Shown: positions 11,682 to 27,057, counted from the stretch's first letter. The stretch is 64,000 nt of DNA from Eledone cirrhosa (GCA_964016885.1 OZ024742.1:286316001-286380000); one strand, 5' to 3'. Notes: a model not told the origin generated them from the sequence alone. Program-made: numbers and translations.

Positions 11682-12450
11682 CTCTACCATGTCCTACAAT
11701 ACGACCTTCTACCCAGGTATTTAAACTACACCACATTCTCTCTACCATGTCCTACAATACGACCTTCTACCCAGGTATTTAAACTACACCACATTCTCTC
11801 TACCATGTCCTACAATACGACCTTCTACCCAGGTATTTAAACTACACCACATTCTCTCTACCATGTCCTACAATACGACCTTCTACCCAGGTATTTAAAC
11901 TACACCACATTCTCTCTACCATGTCCTACAATACGACCTTCTACCCAGGTATTTAAACTACACCACATTCTCTCTACCATGTCCTACAATACGACCTTCT
12001 ACCCAGGTATTTAAACTACACCACATTCTCTCTACCATGTCCTACAATACGACCTTCTACCCAGGTATTTAAACTACACCACATTCTCTCTACCATGTCC
12101 TACAATACGACCTTCTACCCAGGTATTTAAACTACACCACATTCTCTCTACCATGTCCTACAATACGACCTTCTACCCAGGTATTTAAACTACACCACAT
12201 TCTCTCTACCATGTCCTACAATACGACCTTCTACTCAGGTATTTAGACAAATGCCAAACTACCCCTACAACCTTTGTACCATGTCCTACATATACGGTCT
12301 TCTACCCCATGTATTTATACAATTACCAAACTACACCCACACCCTGTATCATGTCCTACAAATACTTCTTTCTACCTAGGTATCAATACTACACCCCACA
12401 CCCCCAATACGATGTCCTAGAAATACGATCATCTACCCAGGTATTTAAAC
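11682..12450. repeat. 58-bp minisatellite: about 10 near-perfect copies, then 3 diverged copies
   Basis: Unit tctctaccatgtcctacaatacgaccttctacccaggtatttaaactacaccacattc. The phase recurs every 290 bp (5x58). Confidence 0.95.
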
Positions 12451-12705
12451 CATTGCCAAACTACTTTTGGCTGTTTTGTGTTTAGCAGATGATTGCTTCT
12501 CGTCCGCCATAAATTAGGGGACGTGTTTGCGAAAACGAATCATAGATTTAGCCCTTAAGGGCTACAGATTTAGGGTAACTAACCAGCTCCCTAAGGATAT
12601 GGTTGGTTTAGTCACAAACCAATATATAATGTTCTGACCAAAATGTTTTAGAAGCACTTAAACAATAAACCTACTCCACCGATCAGTATAAAGTCTAGAA
12701 TGACT

Positions 12706-13240
12706 CAATAATAATTGTTTCTACTTTTAGCACAAGGCCAGCAATTATCCCAGTGTATTACTGGTACTTTATTTTATCGACCCCGTAAGGATGAAAGGCA
12801 AAGTAAACCTCGGCGAGATTTGAACTCAGAAAGGAAAGGGTTGTAACTCTATGCTGCAAAGCATGGTGTCCGACCCTCTACCGATACTGCCAATCCACCG
12901 CGCTTGAGTGACTCAATAATAATGGTTTCTGATTTAGGCACAATGCCAACATATTTTAGAAGGAGGGGAGGGGAAAGTTGATAAAATCGATCCCAGTGTG
13001 TTACTGGTACTTTATTTTATTAACCCCGTAAGAAAGAAAGGCAAAGCTAACCCGGACGGGATTTCAATCAGAACGTAAAGTTTGTAACTATATGCCGCAA
13101 AGTATGTTGTCCGACGCTCTACTGATTCTGACAATTCAGCGCCGTTAAAATAATTGTTTCTACTTTTGGCACAAGGCCAGAAATTTGACGGGAAGGTGGC
13201 TAGTCGATTTAATTCACCCCAGTGCGTTACTGGTACATTA
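12706..13240 (-). mobile_element. Three tandem OK-like SINE copies
   Basis: Reverse-strand SINE bodies. The first is flanked by the direct repeat tgactcaataataat (12701-12715 and 12909-12923). Confidence 0.85.
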
Positions 13241-13246
13241 TTCTTA

Positions 13247-13695
13247 CTAGCAGAAAAACCACCCTTCCGGTGGTTTTCTGCTAGCTTGTGTAGTGTGTAT
13301 ATTGATATTATACGCAAGTATATATACATGTAGATATGATCAAATAAAATCGTAATTGACAATATACATAGAAATTGAACGAAGACTGTGTTACATCTCT
13401 TATGTAATCCATGATACATTAAAAAAAAGACGATATTATATATAAACTGCATTAGTAGAAAATTAGTATGTTTATTTAAGCGATCGCCACCGGAAGTGTT
13501 GACATTTGAAAATTTTAAAGAAGTGAATCTTTAAATAAATAATAAAATATATTTAATAAAAGCCACGAAATTTAGTAGATAAATTATGTAATATTCATTC
13601 ATTATTTATTCAAAGTAATCCAACTTATTTTACTAAAGGGACAACAATTATAAACCGTACGCAGTCCCGCGCTTCTTACTTTATTATAGTTTAGA
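13247..13695 (-). mobile_element. Non-autonomous Helitron
   Basis: The minus strand begins A|TCTAAACTATAATAAAG and ends with hairpin aaaaccacc-ggaag-ggtggtttt followed by CTGCTAG|T. Confidence 0.7.
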
Positions 13696-13815
13696 TATGG
13701 TCCAACCTATGTGAGCATGAAGAATGGAGGTTAACATGTGATGTGTGTGTATGTGTTTGTGTATGTGTCTGTGTATGTATATGTGTGTAATGTATGTATA
13801 TATATATATATATAT

Positions 13816-13868
<53 letters not shown>

Positions 13869-14222
13869 ATGACGTAGACACACAGCTATACAGAACCTCC
13901 ATACACTTCTTAATCAATATCAACTTATTGTAAATTGTATTTGAAAGAAAGAACCTTTAACGTTATAAAATCGATATCATCGATACTCTCCTAGGATCTA
14001 TAGAGGAATGAGATTATTTCTTCGATGACTTATAATATAATCAGTTTTATATTAGATTCGATCTCCACCCATGGCTCATATCATTGACATACTGTCCTGT
14101 AAAGAAAATATCAACGTTTTAGTAGCTTGAAGAATGATAAACATGTGTAAATGATGTTAAATATGTTGTAAGGAATATAGATCTGTTGTCTGATTTAATA
14201 CAAACGTCTCCACTAGTCATGG

Positions 14223-15115
14223 CTATTGAAAGTTGTTTGGTTCTAGTGTTCCAAGGTAAGGTGGTGGTGGTGGTGGTGGTGGTGGTGATGATGGTGGTGG
14301 TGGTGTTGGTGGTGGTGTTGTTGGTGGTGATGATGGTGGTGGTGGTGTTGGTGGTGGTGATGGTGGTGGTGATGGTGGTGATGGTGGTGGTCGTGGTGGT
14401 GTTGGCGGTGGTGTTGGTGGTGGTGATGGTGGTGGTGTTGGTGGTGATGGTGGTGGTGATGGTGGTGATGGTGGTGGTGGTGGTGTTGGTGGTGGTGATG
14501 GTGGTGGTCGTGGTGGTGTTGGCGGTGGTGTTGGTGGTGGTGATGGTGGTGGTGTTGGTGGTGATGGTGGTGGTGATGGTGGTGGTGGTGGTGGTGATGG
14601 TGGTGGTGATGGTGGTGGTGGTGGTGGTGGTGGTGTTGGTGGGTGTTGTTGGTGGTGATGGTGGTGGTGGTGGTGTTGGTGGTGGTGATGGTGGTGGTCG
14701 TGGTGGTGTTGGCGGTGGTGTTGGTGGTGGTGATGATGGTGGTGGTGGTGTTGGTGGTGGTGATGGTGGTGGTGGTGGTGGTGATGGTGGTGGTGGTGGT
14801 GGTGGTGTTGGCGGTGGTGTTGGTGGTGTTGGTGGTGGTGATGGTGGTGGTGGTGGTGGTGATGGTGGTGGTGATGGTGGTGGTGGCGGCGGCGGCGGCG
14901 ATGGTGGGGGGGGGGGGGGGGGGTAGTGTCGACGGTGGTAGCGTCGGTGGTAGAATGAAGGGGCGACTCTGGGCATGGCTGTTGAAAGTTGTTTGGTTCC
15001 AGTGTTCCAGTGTAAGGTGGTATTAGTAGTGGTATTAGTAGTGGTGGTGGTGGACATAGCGGTAGTGGTGGTGGTTGTGGTGGTGGACATGACAGTTCAG
15101 AGTTGTTCGGTTCCA
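14223..15115 (-). CDS. Putative terminal coding exon of a proline-rich (extensin-like) protein with repeated LEPNN motifs
   Basis: Acceptor ttattccttacag at 15128-15116 and a frame open to TAG at 14223. Three related non-microsatellite motifs lie in the same frame (EPNNSELSCP, YTGTLEPNNFQQPCP, YLGTLEPNNFQ), and ATTAAA lies about 25 nt downstream of the stop. Confidence 0.5.
14260..14923. repeat. Degenerate (GGT)n trinucleotide array with a poly-G run
   Basis: Seen directly in the sequence. Confidence 0.95.
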
Positions 15116-15326
15116 CTGTAAGGAATAACTATTCAATAAGGAATCGAGATTAAATCGAATAAAATCAAATAAAAGATATATACAATCAGAAGATATGGTC
15201 GACGACAGCCAGGTCTGATCAATATCGATTTTATTTTCTCTTTTTGTGGAAAGAACTCAAGATTGAAGCTTGAGAGAAAGGGCGACTGCCATTGCGGGCT
15301 CTGTTATATAAACCATGATAATAGAA

Positions 15327-15382
<56 letters not shown>

Positions 15383-15456
15383 CTTCTCCATCTACTTCTT
15401 TCCAGTTTTTATATTTGAAAAGAAATTCACTATATATATATACATATATATATATA

Positions 15457-16254
15457 TCATTATCTATAAAAGGCAGTTCAAATCCCGCCTAGATTAACTT
15501 TGCCTTTCATCCCTACGGGGTCGATAAAATAAAGTACCAGTAATGCACTGATATAATTGCTGGAGTTGTGCCAAAAGTAGTAACAATTATTTATAAAAGG
15601 CAGATTGTTGTTGTTGTGTGTGTGTGCATGTTCCATGTTTATACATTTGCACAATTTCAGACCGATTCGACTCAATGTCTGTAAGAATGTTGTAAATGGT
15701 CTACCTTAGGTCAACGACTATTTATTTCATTCAAATTCACCAGATAATCGATAAAACTAAATTCATGACAATTATATCCTCTATGAGGTCACTAAACCTG
15801 CTAGAAACAGCAGCTAACTCTCCCCCCATATCACACCACTCCCTACTGTCTTAAATTTAGAAATCATATCCTCTATGAGGTCACTAAACCTGCTAGAAAC
15901 AGCAACTAACTCTCCCCCATATCACACCCCTCCCTACTGTCTTAAATTTAGAAAACACACATTAGACAACCATGCAGAACAACTCCATCGCAGCTCTGTT
16001 GTTCGGCTGGCATCGTCTACGCGCGTGTTGCGCAAGTACTGTGAAACAATAAATTTCAACACTTCTTTGCACAGAGATAATATCCATAGGCGAAACTACA
16101 ATTGTCACTGCTGACGCAGCTCCTGCTGCGGCAGTTCAGGTCTGCTATTCATTCACCTAGTGTCTGGCAGACAAAAAGGTGCTGCCATAAAATGGGTGGT
16201 GCAACCTAACTTTGGTAACTTACTGACGCCGAGCAACGCCGGGCTTTAATGCTA

Positions 16255-16255
<1 letters not shown>
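15457..16255 (+). mobile_element. Non-autonomous Helitron (internally deleted relative to the 57069-58122 copy)
   Basis: 5' TCATTATCTATAAAAGGCAG, 3' hairpin ccgagcaacgccgg then CTAG|T, inserted in (TA)n. High similarity to 57069-58122. Confidence 0.85.
15477..15591 (+). mobile_element. 5'-truncated SINE nested in the Helitron, with a 12-bp target-site duplication (TSD)
   Basis: TSD tataaaaggcag at 15465-15476 and 15592-15603. The empty site is visible in the 57 kb copy. Confidence 0.9.
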
Positions 16256-16294
<39 letters not shown>

Positions 16295-16394
16295 ATATAC
16301 AAGTGTATATATATATATACATATATAAGTGTATATATATATATATATATATATAATAGAAACAGAATTTAGCTTCGAACATTGCTGTATACAA

Positions 16395-16575
16395 ATATGT
16401 ATTTGAATTCCGTATTTTTAAAGAAATACGGTATGTTTGTAAATAAATATTTAGAAAGCCATAGCTATGAATAACAGCGGTTGGTGGTGTTGGCTGTCAG
16501 TGTTATTCATATCTATGGCTTTCTAAATGTTTATTTATAAACATACTGTATTTCCTACGAAATTCAAATATATAT
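16395..16575. repeat. Imperfect inverted repeat (MITE-like hairpin) between microsatellites
   Basis: Arms ~16395-16476 and ~16501-16575, with a spacer of about 25 nt. Confidence 0.8.
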
Positions 16576-16583
16576 CTATGTCT

Positions 16584-16748
<165 letters not shown>

Positions 16749-16750
16749 CT

Positions 16751-16850
<100 letters not shown>

Positions 16851-16865
16851 CATACATATATACAT

Positions 16866-16913
<48 letters not shown>

Positions 16914-16942
16914 GTATATATATATATATATTTATATATACG

Positions 16943-17034
<92 letters not shown>

Positions 17035-17037
17035 CAT

Positions 17038-17104
<67 letters not shown>

Positions 17105-17140
17105 CATACATATATATATATATATACATACATATATATA

Positions 17141-19531
17141 TCATCATCATCATCAACGTTTAACGTCCGTGTTCCACGCTTGCATGGGTTTGGACGGGGG
17201 TTTTCCCACTTGAGGCAAGAGTGATTGTCTTGCTCGCATAGGACTGTCTGGCGGGTTTTCTACAGCTGGATGCCCTTCCTAACACCAACCACATTTACAG
17301 TGTGGGTCTGGGAGGTTTTTACCGTGTTGCCTACACGGCCACATTACAGCGTGGACTGTGTGTTTTTTGTCGTGACACCTACACGATCTCATTTGTTTCG
17401 GCCTGGATGTTGTGGCACCAACATAACTTTACATTGAAAGGGGCGGTGTGGATGGGGGGGTATTTTGTTAGAGATGCCTACCGACTGTAGTAGGTTTTAC
17501 TTTGTATTTAGGTAAGGCGGGTCTTCTCTATTACTGAGTACCGCCAAAGGTCTCGGTCCAGTGACATTGTCTTGGAGAGGTGTAAGTGTGTGAGGTCGGA
17601 ATTTATCAGCTCGTCCCAGGTTTTTCTGGGTCTGCCTACTCCGTGGCTACTGTCTATCTTTATTGCCCTGCACTTTGTTATACAGCTATCGTCTTTCATG
17701 CGCATCACGTGACCATACCAACGTAGCCTTCTCTCGAGTAAACAACATCTGATCCCTCTTATTTCTAATTTTTTCCTTAGTTCGTTTATGCTTTGCCGTT
17801 CACGTATATTACTATTACACATCCAGCGGAGCATGCAAGCTTCGTTCCTCTCTAGTCTGCGTATATCCTCTGCACACAATGCCCAGGGCTCACTGCCATG
17901 CAACATTGCTGTTCGTATGCAGGCATCATACAACCTGCCTTTCATTTTTAGGGAGAACCCTTTAGCGGCTAATAGTGGTATAAGCTCTCTGAACTTTTTC
18001 CATCCAGTTCTGACTCTAGCTACTGTACTTTCAGAGCACCCTCCCCCACTGCTGATTTTATCACCCAGGTAACGGAAGCTGTCCACTATTTCTATAGAAC
18101 CCTCTGCGCAGTTGAAAGAGCTAGTATTTTGTGGGCACTTGCTGCTACTTATTGCACCAGAGCACCGGCCACATGTAAAATCTATGTTCTTAGTTAGCTT
18201 ACCTGTGATCCCACTACATCTTTTGTGCACCCATACTTTGCATTTGGGACACAAAATGGAGTTTCTACCTACGCATTTCCTACACACTGAGCATGGCCAC
18301 TTCCCGGAAGGGACCGCCGCCTTATTTTCTCTCTTACAAACTAGAACTTTAGTCTTAGCCAGGTTAATTTTAAGGCCTTTTGATTCTAGGCCGTGCTTCC
18401 ATGCTTGGAATTTCTTCTCTAGCTCGGCCATTGATTCAGCTATGAGTGTTAGGTCATCTGCGTATAGGAGTTCCCATGGGCAGCCGGTCTTGAACTCCTC
18501 TGTTATAGCCTGAAGGGCAATAATAAATAGTAGGGGGCTGAGAACAGAGCCCTGGTGGACGCCAACTTTTACGCTAAACTCTTCACTATATTCGTTGTTA
18601 ATTCTAACCTTGCTGACTGTTTCTTTATACATGGCTTGTATAGCTCTCACAAGCCATTCGTCAACACCTAGTTTTCTAAGAGCCCACCAGATAATGGAAC
18701 GGGGGACTCTGTCGAAGGCTTTCTCCAAGTCGACAAAAGCTAAGTATAGGGGTTTACTTTTAGCTAGGTACTTCTGTAGTTGTCGTACAATGAAAAGAGC
18801 GTCTGTGGTACTTTTCCCTGACACAAACCCGAACTGTATTTCATCTAGATCAATTCTCTCTCTGATTAGTTGCGCTATTACTTTTTCCGTGACCTTCATG
18901 ACCTGGTCGATTAATTTAATGCCTCTATAGTTACTCCTATCTAGGGCATCTCCTTTACCCTTATAACAGTTAACGATGATGCTGCTACGCCAGTCCTTCG
19001 GAACAACCCCATTCTGTACGACTTGGTTAACTATCCGGGTGACCATGGTGTGTCCCACCGTACCAGATGCCTTCAGCATCTCAGCAACTATTTCCGAAGG
19101 CCCAGCCGCCTTACCCGTCTTCATATCTTTGATTGCCTTACTTATTATACTACCCTCGACTAACACTGCTGGTCCCTCTATTGGGTCGATGTGGGGGAGA
19201 CTGTCTTTCTCCCATTTATTCTCCTCATTTAGTAGCCTTTCGTAGTGACACTTCCAAGCTACCTTCTTATCAGCGTCGGTGATGGCAAGTACGCCGTCAT
19301 CATTAAGTACACACTTCTCCCCGACAATATCATGGTTTTCCTTGACACATTGTCTAGCAATCCTGAACACCTCACGTTTTTGGTCCTCGCGTTGTAGAAC
19401 ATGCTTGAACTTTCTTTCCTCTGCTTCCCTTCTTGCGAAGTACACTTGTCTCCTAGCTTCCCTCCTGGCCACTTGATCGTCTTCTCTACTTCCCCCATCC
19501 CGCTATACTTTCCAAGCCTGCTTTTCGGCCT
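17141..19531 (-). mobile_element. RTE-clade LINE, 5'-truncated, inserted in (TA)n/(TACA)n
   Basis: RT ORF, a 3' UTR of about 350 nt, and an (ATG)n tail at 17141-17154. Confidence 0.95.
17508..19472 (-). CDS. RTE reverse transcriptase (endonuclease lost by truncation) with an inserted PHD-like zinc finger
   Basis: Motifs [57 protein letters not shown]. Cys/His cluster CSVC..CPKC..H..C..CGRC. Confidence 0.92.
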   Translation of the reverse strand: MARREARRQVYFARREAEERKFKHVLQREDQKREVFRIARQCVKENHDIVGEKCVLNDDGVLAITDADKKVAWKCHYERLLNEENKWEKDSLPHIDPIEGPAVLVEGSIISKAIKDMKTGKAAGPSEIVAEMLKASGTVGHTMVTRIVNQVVQNGVVPKDWRSSIIVNCYKGKGDALDRSNYRGIKLIDQVMKVTEKVIAQLIRERIDLDEIQFGFVSGKSTTDALFIVRQLQKYLAKSKPLYLAFVDLEKAFDRVPRSIIWWALRKLGVDEWLVRAIQAMYKETVSKVRINNEYSEEFSVKVGVHQGSVLSPLLFIIALQAITEEFKTGCPWELLYADDLTLIAESMAELEKKFQAWKHGLESKGLKINLAKTKVLVCKRENKAAVPSGKWPCSVCRKCVGRNSILCPKCKVWVHKRCSGITGKLTKNIDFTCGRCSGAISSSKCPQNTSSFNCAEGSIEIVDSFRYLGDKISSGGGCSESTVARVRTGWKKFRELIPLLAAKGFSLKMKGRLYDACIRTAMLHGSEPWALCAEDIRRLERNEACMLRWMCNSNIRERQSINELRKKLEIRGIRCCLLERRLRWYGHVMRMKDDSCITKCRAIKIDSSHGVGRPRKTWDELINSDLTHLHLSKTMSLDRDLWRYSVIEKTRLT

Positions 19532-19569
19532 TATATATACATACATACATACATACATACATACATACA

Positions 19570-19653
<84 letters not shown>

Positions 19654-19662
19654 TATATACAT

Positions 19663-19721
<59 letters not shown>

Positions 19722-19845
19722 GTGAAGGCGTGTAGCTGAGTGGTTAGAGAATTGGATTCACAATATTAAGGTTGTAAGTTCGATTCATGGACCGGGCGAT
19801 GCGTTATGTCCTTGGGCAAGACACTTTATTTCACGTTGCTCCTTC
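19722..19845 (+). mobile_element. tRNA-derived SINE 5' part (OR/CORE-like family)
   Basis: A box tagctgagtgg, B box gttcgattc, core gtccttgggcaagacactttatttcacgttgctcc. A reverse copy lies at 60300-60508. Confidence 0.75.
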
Positions 19846-19941
19846 TACCTGGAGTTGCGACCGATAGATAGTACTAGCAACTGGAAAGACCAACGGAAAC
19901 ATTGTTTCCTCGGTCCGATTTGACGAAAGTCGATCGCTTAA

Positions 19942-19980
<39 letters not shown>

Positions 19981-20410
19981 TATTACAAAAGGTCGGGACC
20001 CGACGGCTTCAGCAATTCCACCGTTCTCACTCTTTTCTCAGTTCTTTTGTCCTATTTTCTTTAATTCTTATTACATTGGCGCTTGTAATCTCACACGCAT
20101 TCTGGGGCTTCCAAATAATTAGACTTATTCACTAGTTAGATAGATTAGTATTTCTTATTCCACAATGCTTCAAGCAAACTACAACACTTTAATATATATA
20201 TATTATATACATATTATATATATATATATATTCATTGATAATGGATAAGTAGTAAGTCTTGCTACTCTGACGTTCCACCTGCGCACATCTGATGATCCTA
20301 TATGCGCTCAGGGGAAACTCCAGAGTAGCAAGACACACTACTTAGCCATAAGTGAATATTTAAAATCTATCTCGGTTTTGAGAACTCTTTTCTCTTGTCC
20401 ATACATACAG

Positions 20411-20444
<34 letters not shown>

Positions 20445-20726
20445 GGTAAATAGAAATAACAACACAATCGGTACAGTATATGGAAGGAATATATTGTCCC
20501 CCAAAAATGTATACACACTTCAACGGCATTCTAATCAAAGTGTGTATACATTATTTGGGGACATCCTGTATATTCATATATATATATATATGTACACCTA
20601 CATACACTTACGTGTCTATCTATTTATTTATATCTATCTATGTGTCTGTCTCTCATATATATATATATATAATGAAATATATGGAGAATAGAAATGTCTG
20701 TGTAGTTGCTATTTAAGGTAACTTAC

Positions 20727-20808
20727 ACTGCAGTGGGAATAGGAAGAGAGCAAGAACAGGGGGGGGGGGGGGCATCAGTTGTCTACTGGGGTCTAGGATA
20801 TTTCTACG
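20727..20808 (-). CDS. Putative 82-nt internal exon (RRNILDPSRQLMPPPPPVLALFLFPLQ) of the proline-rich gene
   Basis: Acceptor ccttgtctttaaag and consensus donor gtaagt (20726-20721). The phase-1 end T joins TG GAA of the 15115 exon to give TTG GAA CCG AAC AAC = LEPNN. Confidence 0.5.
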
Positions 20809-20855
20809 CTTTAAAGACAAGGATATGTAGATATGAATTTGTTTTGCAAGGTTTT

Positions 20856-20894
<39 letters not shown>

Positions 20895-20903
20895 GAGAGA
20901 GAG

Positions 20904-21023
<120 letters not shown>

Positions 21024-21537
21024 CATAAATAGTAAATGCAATACAAAAGTATATAACATTTGTACTTTTAAATATTTCCAGCATCTCCATCTCCGATCTT
21101 CCATATTAAAAATTAAAACCCATTGGTTTCACTCATAAAAATACGATACCATTAAAACAAATGTATTTTTAATGTTCGAGTTGTATTAGTGCAACATTAA
21201 TTATTAATGAAAGATCTCTTTCGTTCGTTTCTCTTCCTCAATTAATTTCGGTTGAACAAGTACAGCTTGTTATTAAAAAAATACTGATTTTTCATAATTT
21301 GATAATAGTTTTTTATGGTTATATAATTCTGCTTTACATTTTAGAAGAAACATATTTCACAACACTTGTTCTACCAACACTTATATATATTATTTATTTT
21401 TTATTCTGTATACATTATAGTTTCTTGCAGCTGGTTTAATATATTCTTATACGATTTCTGTATTCATTATTCTGTTTAGCGTATGTTTATATATATAAAT
21501 ATGTATGTATGCAGGTATGTATGTATGTATGTATGTG

Positions 21538-21965
<428 letters not shown>

Positions 21966-22327
21966 GAAAGAATAGAAATTATTGTGAGCAAGAAGCCAAC
22001 AGTATTCCATAATACATAAGTGACTATAACGTCAAAATGGAAAAATAGTTAACGTAAGATATGGGAAAATAATTCAAACTCAATTCAAAAAGAATCAGGA
22101 CATAGATTCGTCCACAGAATTTAGTGAAATCCAGGGAAAAATCAATAGAGCCTTAACTCAGAATAAAATAAAGTTTAAAATCCTTCAATTTGGAAAAACT
22201 ACAAATGCTCTGTATAGTCTTAAAAAAGACTATTTCACGAAACTTTCAGTGGGGATGGTCACGGTTGGAATCGATCATATGTATATATATATATATAAAT
22301 ATGTATGTATGTGTGTATGTATGTATG

Positions 22328-23549
<1,222 letters not shown>

Positions 23550-23766
23550 TGTATATATATATATATATGATTCCAGTTCCTCATAGAAACAACAACCCAA
23601 CTAGGAACTGGACATATCAGAGTGCTATGTCCATGCGCGGCGATGCTATAAAATAACTTATAGAATAGGGTGAAATCCCTTAAAAACGGGAAAAGCAGTT
23701 GCTATCGGCTGCTACAAAGAATCGAAACCCGTATCTACCAGATACTACTTTATATATATACTGTAC

Positions 23767-23816
<50 letters not shown>

Positions 23817-23913
23817 TATATATGTGTGTGTGTGTGTGTATAAAGTTTTGAAACCAAACATTACCTATCTTTGCTTCATCACATCCTCTCCTTCTCCTCC
23901 TTCCATTCCTTTT

Positions 23914-23963
<50 letters not shown>

Positions 23964-25371
23964 ATGTTTTATCTCTTTAGTTTTCTTTTCTTCTTATCTC
24001 AAGTCCTTTTGCCGTTTTTTTTAATCAGCCTCATTAACGCCACCGTCATCATTATCAACATTTATGTCTTTATATAGCTTTCTTTGATATTTTAGCTCCT
24101 CGTTTATGTAGCCCCTACCACCACCCCACTCTATGTTTTCTTTTGTTATTTTCATATGTGATCATAATTTATTGATCTTACTTTTATTTTTCTACAAACA
24201 TCGAACGGTTTTGTTTTCATAATATTCATATCTTTCAGCCCAACCTTTTACACCTGATACATCTTTCCTTTAATCTGTTTTTTCTGTACTTTAAATACAT
24301 TTACAGATTATTCTATTGGTTGATATTTTAAAATATTTTCATGTCTTGTTTGTTTATTTCTTAATCTCTTTGTTTTGCTTCTTTGCCTGTTTGTGTGTGT
24401 GTGTTTTTTCCCAAAAGATAGATCAAAGGATAGATTAAGACAGTTATATTAATGAATGGGCTCTAGTTTATCTCTTGATTCACTCTTTAACTGCCATGTT
24501 AGCCTCCTTGATCCATCTGTTAACTGTTTTATTTGATCCCTAAAAATAACTTTTAACTGGTTTAGCTACTTTATATTGCAACCAATTGCTAGTTTCATCA
24601 ACAATGGATAGACCAATAGAAACATCGTATCCTTAGTCCGATCTGACGAGTTCTACCACGCTCGGTAAGCGAATGACGTCTGAGATCTTGCCGATCGATT
24701 CCTTAACCTTAACTGAACTGTGGCATTTAGACCCATCCCGCTTCCTTAATCCATCTTATAATGTATATGCTTCATCCCTTCTGTTGGATCACTACCTATG
24801 CCTTTATGTGTTTCATTTGACTCTCCGAATCCTTTTTCAAATGTTATATTCGATTACTTAAAGAACGCTTTAGTTATTACTTCTGACCCTTTGATAGCTC
24901 AGTTAACTGATATGTTTGATCTCAGGGTATACCCATTAACGGTTCTTTGAAAGTTTTATTTAATCGCCTGAGTTATCTTTGGAACTGGTTATATTTGATC
25001 TACTGATACGCCCGTTAACTCTTTCATTTGATCCCTAGATGTTTGGTGATACTGTTATATTTTGACCTTTGATCTATCTTTTATCATTTGTACTTAATCA
25101 TTTGATCCGCCGATCAACTGTTCCATTGGATTTTATGATATACACTTTTACAGGTATACATGACCCTACGTTCTTAATTGGTTCAACGAATGTCGAATTA
25201 ACCCCCTATAAGCCACTAATAGACATTCCCCGCTGCTGTATTTTAACGCACAGTACACTGTTATTTATGTAAGTAGTTTAAATAAGACAGGTTTAATTTT
25301 AAAAATTGGAACTATGAGCACCAAAAGACAAGTAAAACAAGACGACACTACTGTAAATACATTAAAGACGA

Positions 25372-25588
25372 CGGATTGGCAGTAATCGGTAGAGTACCGG
25401 ACATCATGCTTCAAGGCATAGAGTTACGTCCGTTTATGTTCTGTATTCAAATGCTGTCGAGGTTAGCTTTGGCTTTCATCCTTACGGTGTCGATAAAATA
25501 AAGCACTATTAAGTACTGGGGTCGATTTAATCGACTTTCCCCCTCTTCAAAATTGCTGGCCTTGTGCCTAAAGTAGGAACGCTTATTA
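25372..25588 (+). mobile_element. OK-like SINE, near full length
   Basis: A and B box remnants and conserved body. Confidence 0.85.
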
Positions 25589-25787
25589 CTTTGATTTTAA
25601 ATATCTTATACATTATGATACACTACATTACTTTATGTTCTATATTTTAGCATTTATTTAAATGTCATTTTGTTTGTTTTCCAAGCTTTCAAACTTCTCT
25701 CCTCACTAACTGCCTTCATCTACATCTTTTTTTCAGTAATCAATATTTGTTGATCAGTTGATTATTCCTCAATTTCTTCAGCAGAAA

Positions 25788-25830
<43 letters not shown>

Positions 25831-26237
25831 TTCTCTCTCTCTTTTTCTCTCTCTTTTTTCCTTTTTTGTTTTCTCTTTTTCTTTCTCTTCTCTCCCTCTC
25901 TTTTTCCCCTCTCTCTATTTCTCTCTCTTTCTCTCTCTTGTTCTCACATTTGATCAGCGTATCTAATTATTTTAAATCTCTACTCTAATATTCCGCGCCA
26001 GATCCTCCAATGATAAAATACACCTAAAACACACAAGCATTCACCTATGAATAAATCCCATTTAAAGGTTTAAGTTCAAACATTAGTTGATCATAAGCAT
26101 GTTGTTAAAGTGATTTATGATTCCACTAAAGGGACATATTACTACATATATTTCACTGGGTAGAAAGTCGTTATTTGTTACAGGAGATGCATATGAGCTA
26201 TTACAACAGTTATATCTTTGATGCAATCATTAAATGG

Positions 26238-26318
<81 letters not shown>

Positions 26319-27019
26319 GCGCTCAGTGAGAGAGAAAGTTTGAACCAGATAGCGCGCAAGCTGTTTCACTTGGCGTCGCTGAATGGGTTCATATCTCTCT
26401 CTATACCCACTCTGCATCTCACCTGCATTGAGTACTCCCATCATTTGTGGTCTCTCCGATGTGTGTGTAGAGAGAGAAAGAATAGGGAGGATCAAGCGCA
26501 GAATCTAACAATAAATACAATTATTTGCTGTAAATAGCTTAGAAAAAAAAGTGACAAACGGTCTCTATGACGAATCGAACAACATATCTTTCAAATATCG
26601 GCTGACTGTTGTTACTATTAAGCTAAACGGTCCCTGGCAACTATCAACATCTTAATTAGAAGCTAAATAAAACAGCTTTGAGTTTAAACAACATCGTATG
26701 CAAATTTGGAACTTTCGAGAGATTATGAGGTTTATAGAAAATGTAAGGAAGCTCAGTCACAGAAATATAATTGTAAATAAAATTGGTTGCTATAAATAGC
26801 TTAGAGATTTGGTTAAAGACCCATTATATATATAATTCAAATGGCTTTAGTTGAGATTCAAAACCGGATCAAGGTTGCACAGCACTGGACTTACTTATAA
26901 GGTATAGCTTAGGGCCACATACTTTCAGAGGACGCATTAAAAAAATATATATTTATCATTTTATCATTAGTTTTTATTCCTTATCACTAAATCATCAAAA
27001 ATGATATATGTGTATATGA

Positions 27020-27057
<38 letters not shown>

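Noticed and set aside
11682-12450. CRISPR-like array
   Set aside because: A plain tandem repeat without variable spacers.
14186-14926. Plus-strand poly-Val/Gly ORF
   Set aside because: It is the antisense reading of the (CCA)n-rich tract. Splice signals and unique motifs favour the minus strand.
19722-19800. tRNA gene
   Set aside because: A and B boxes are present, but there is no complete cloverleaf and the sequence continues into a SINE core.
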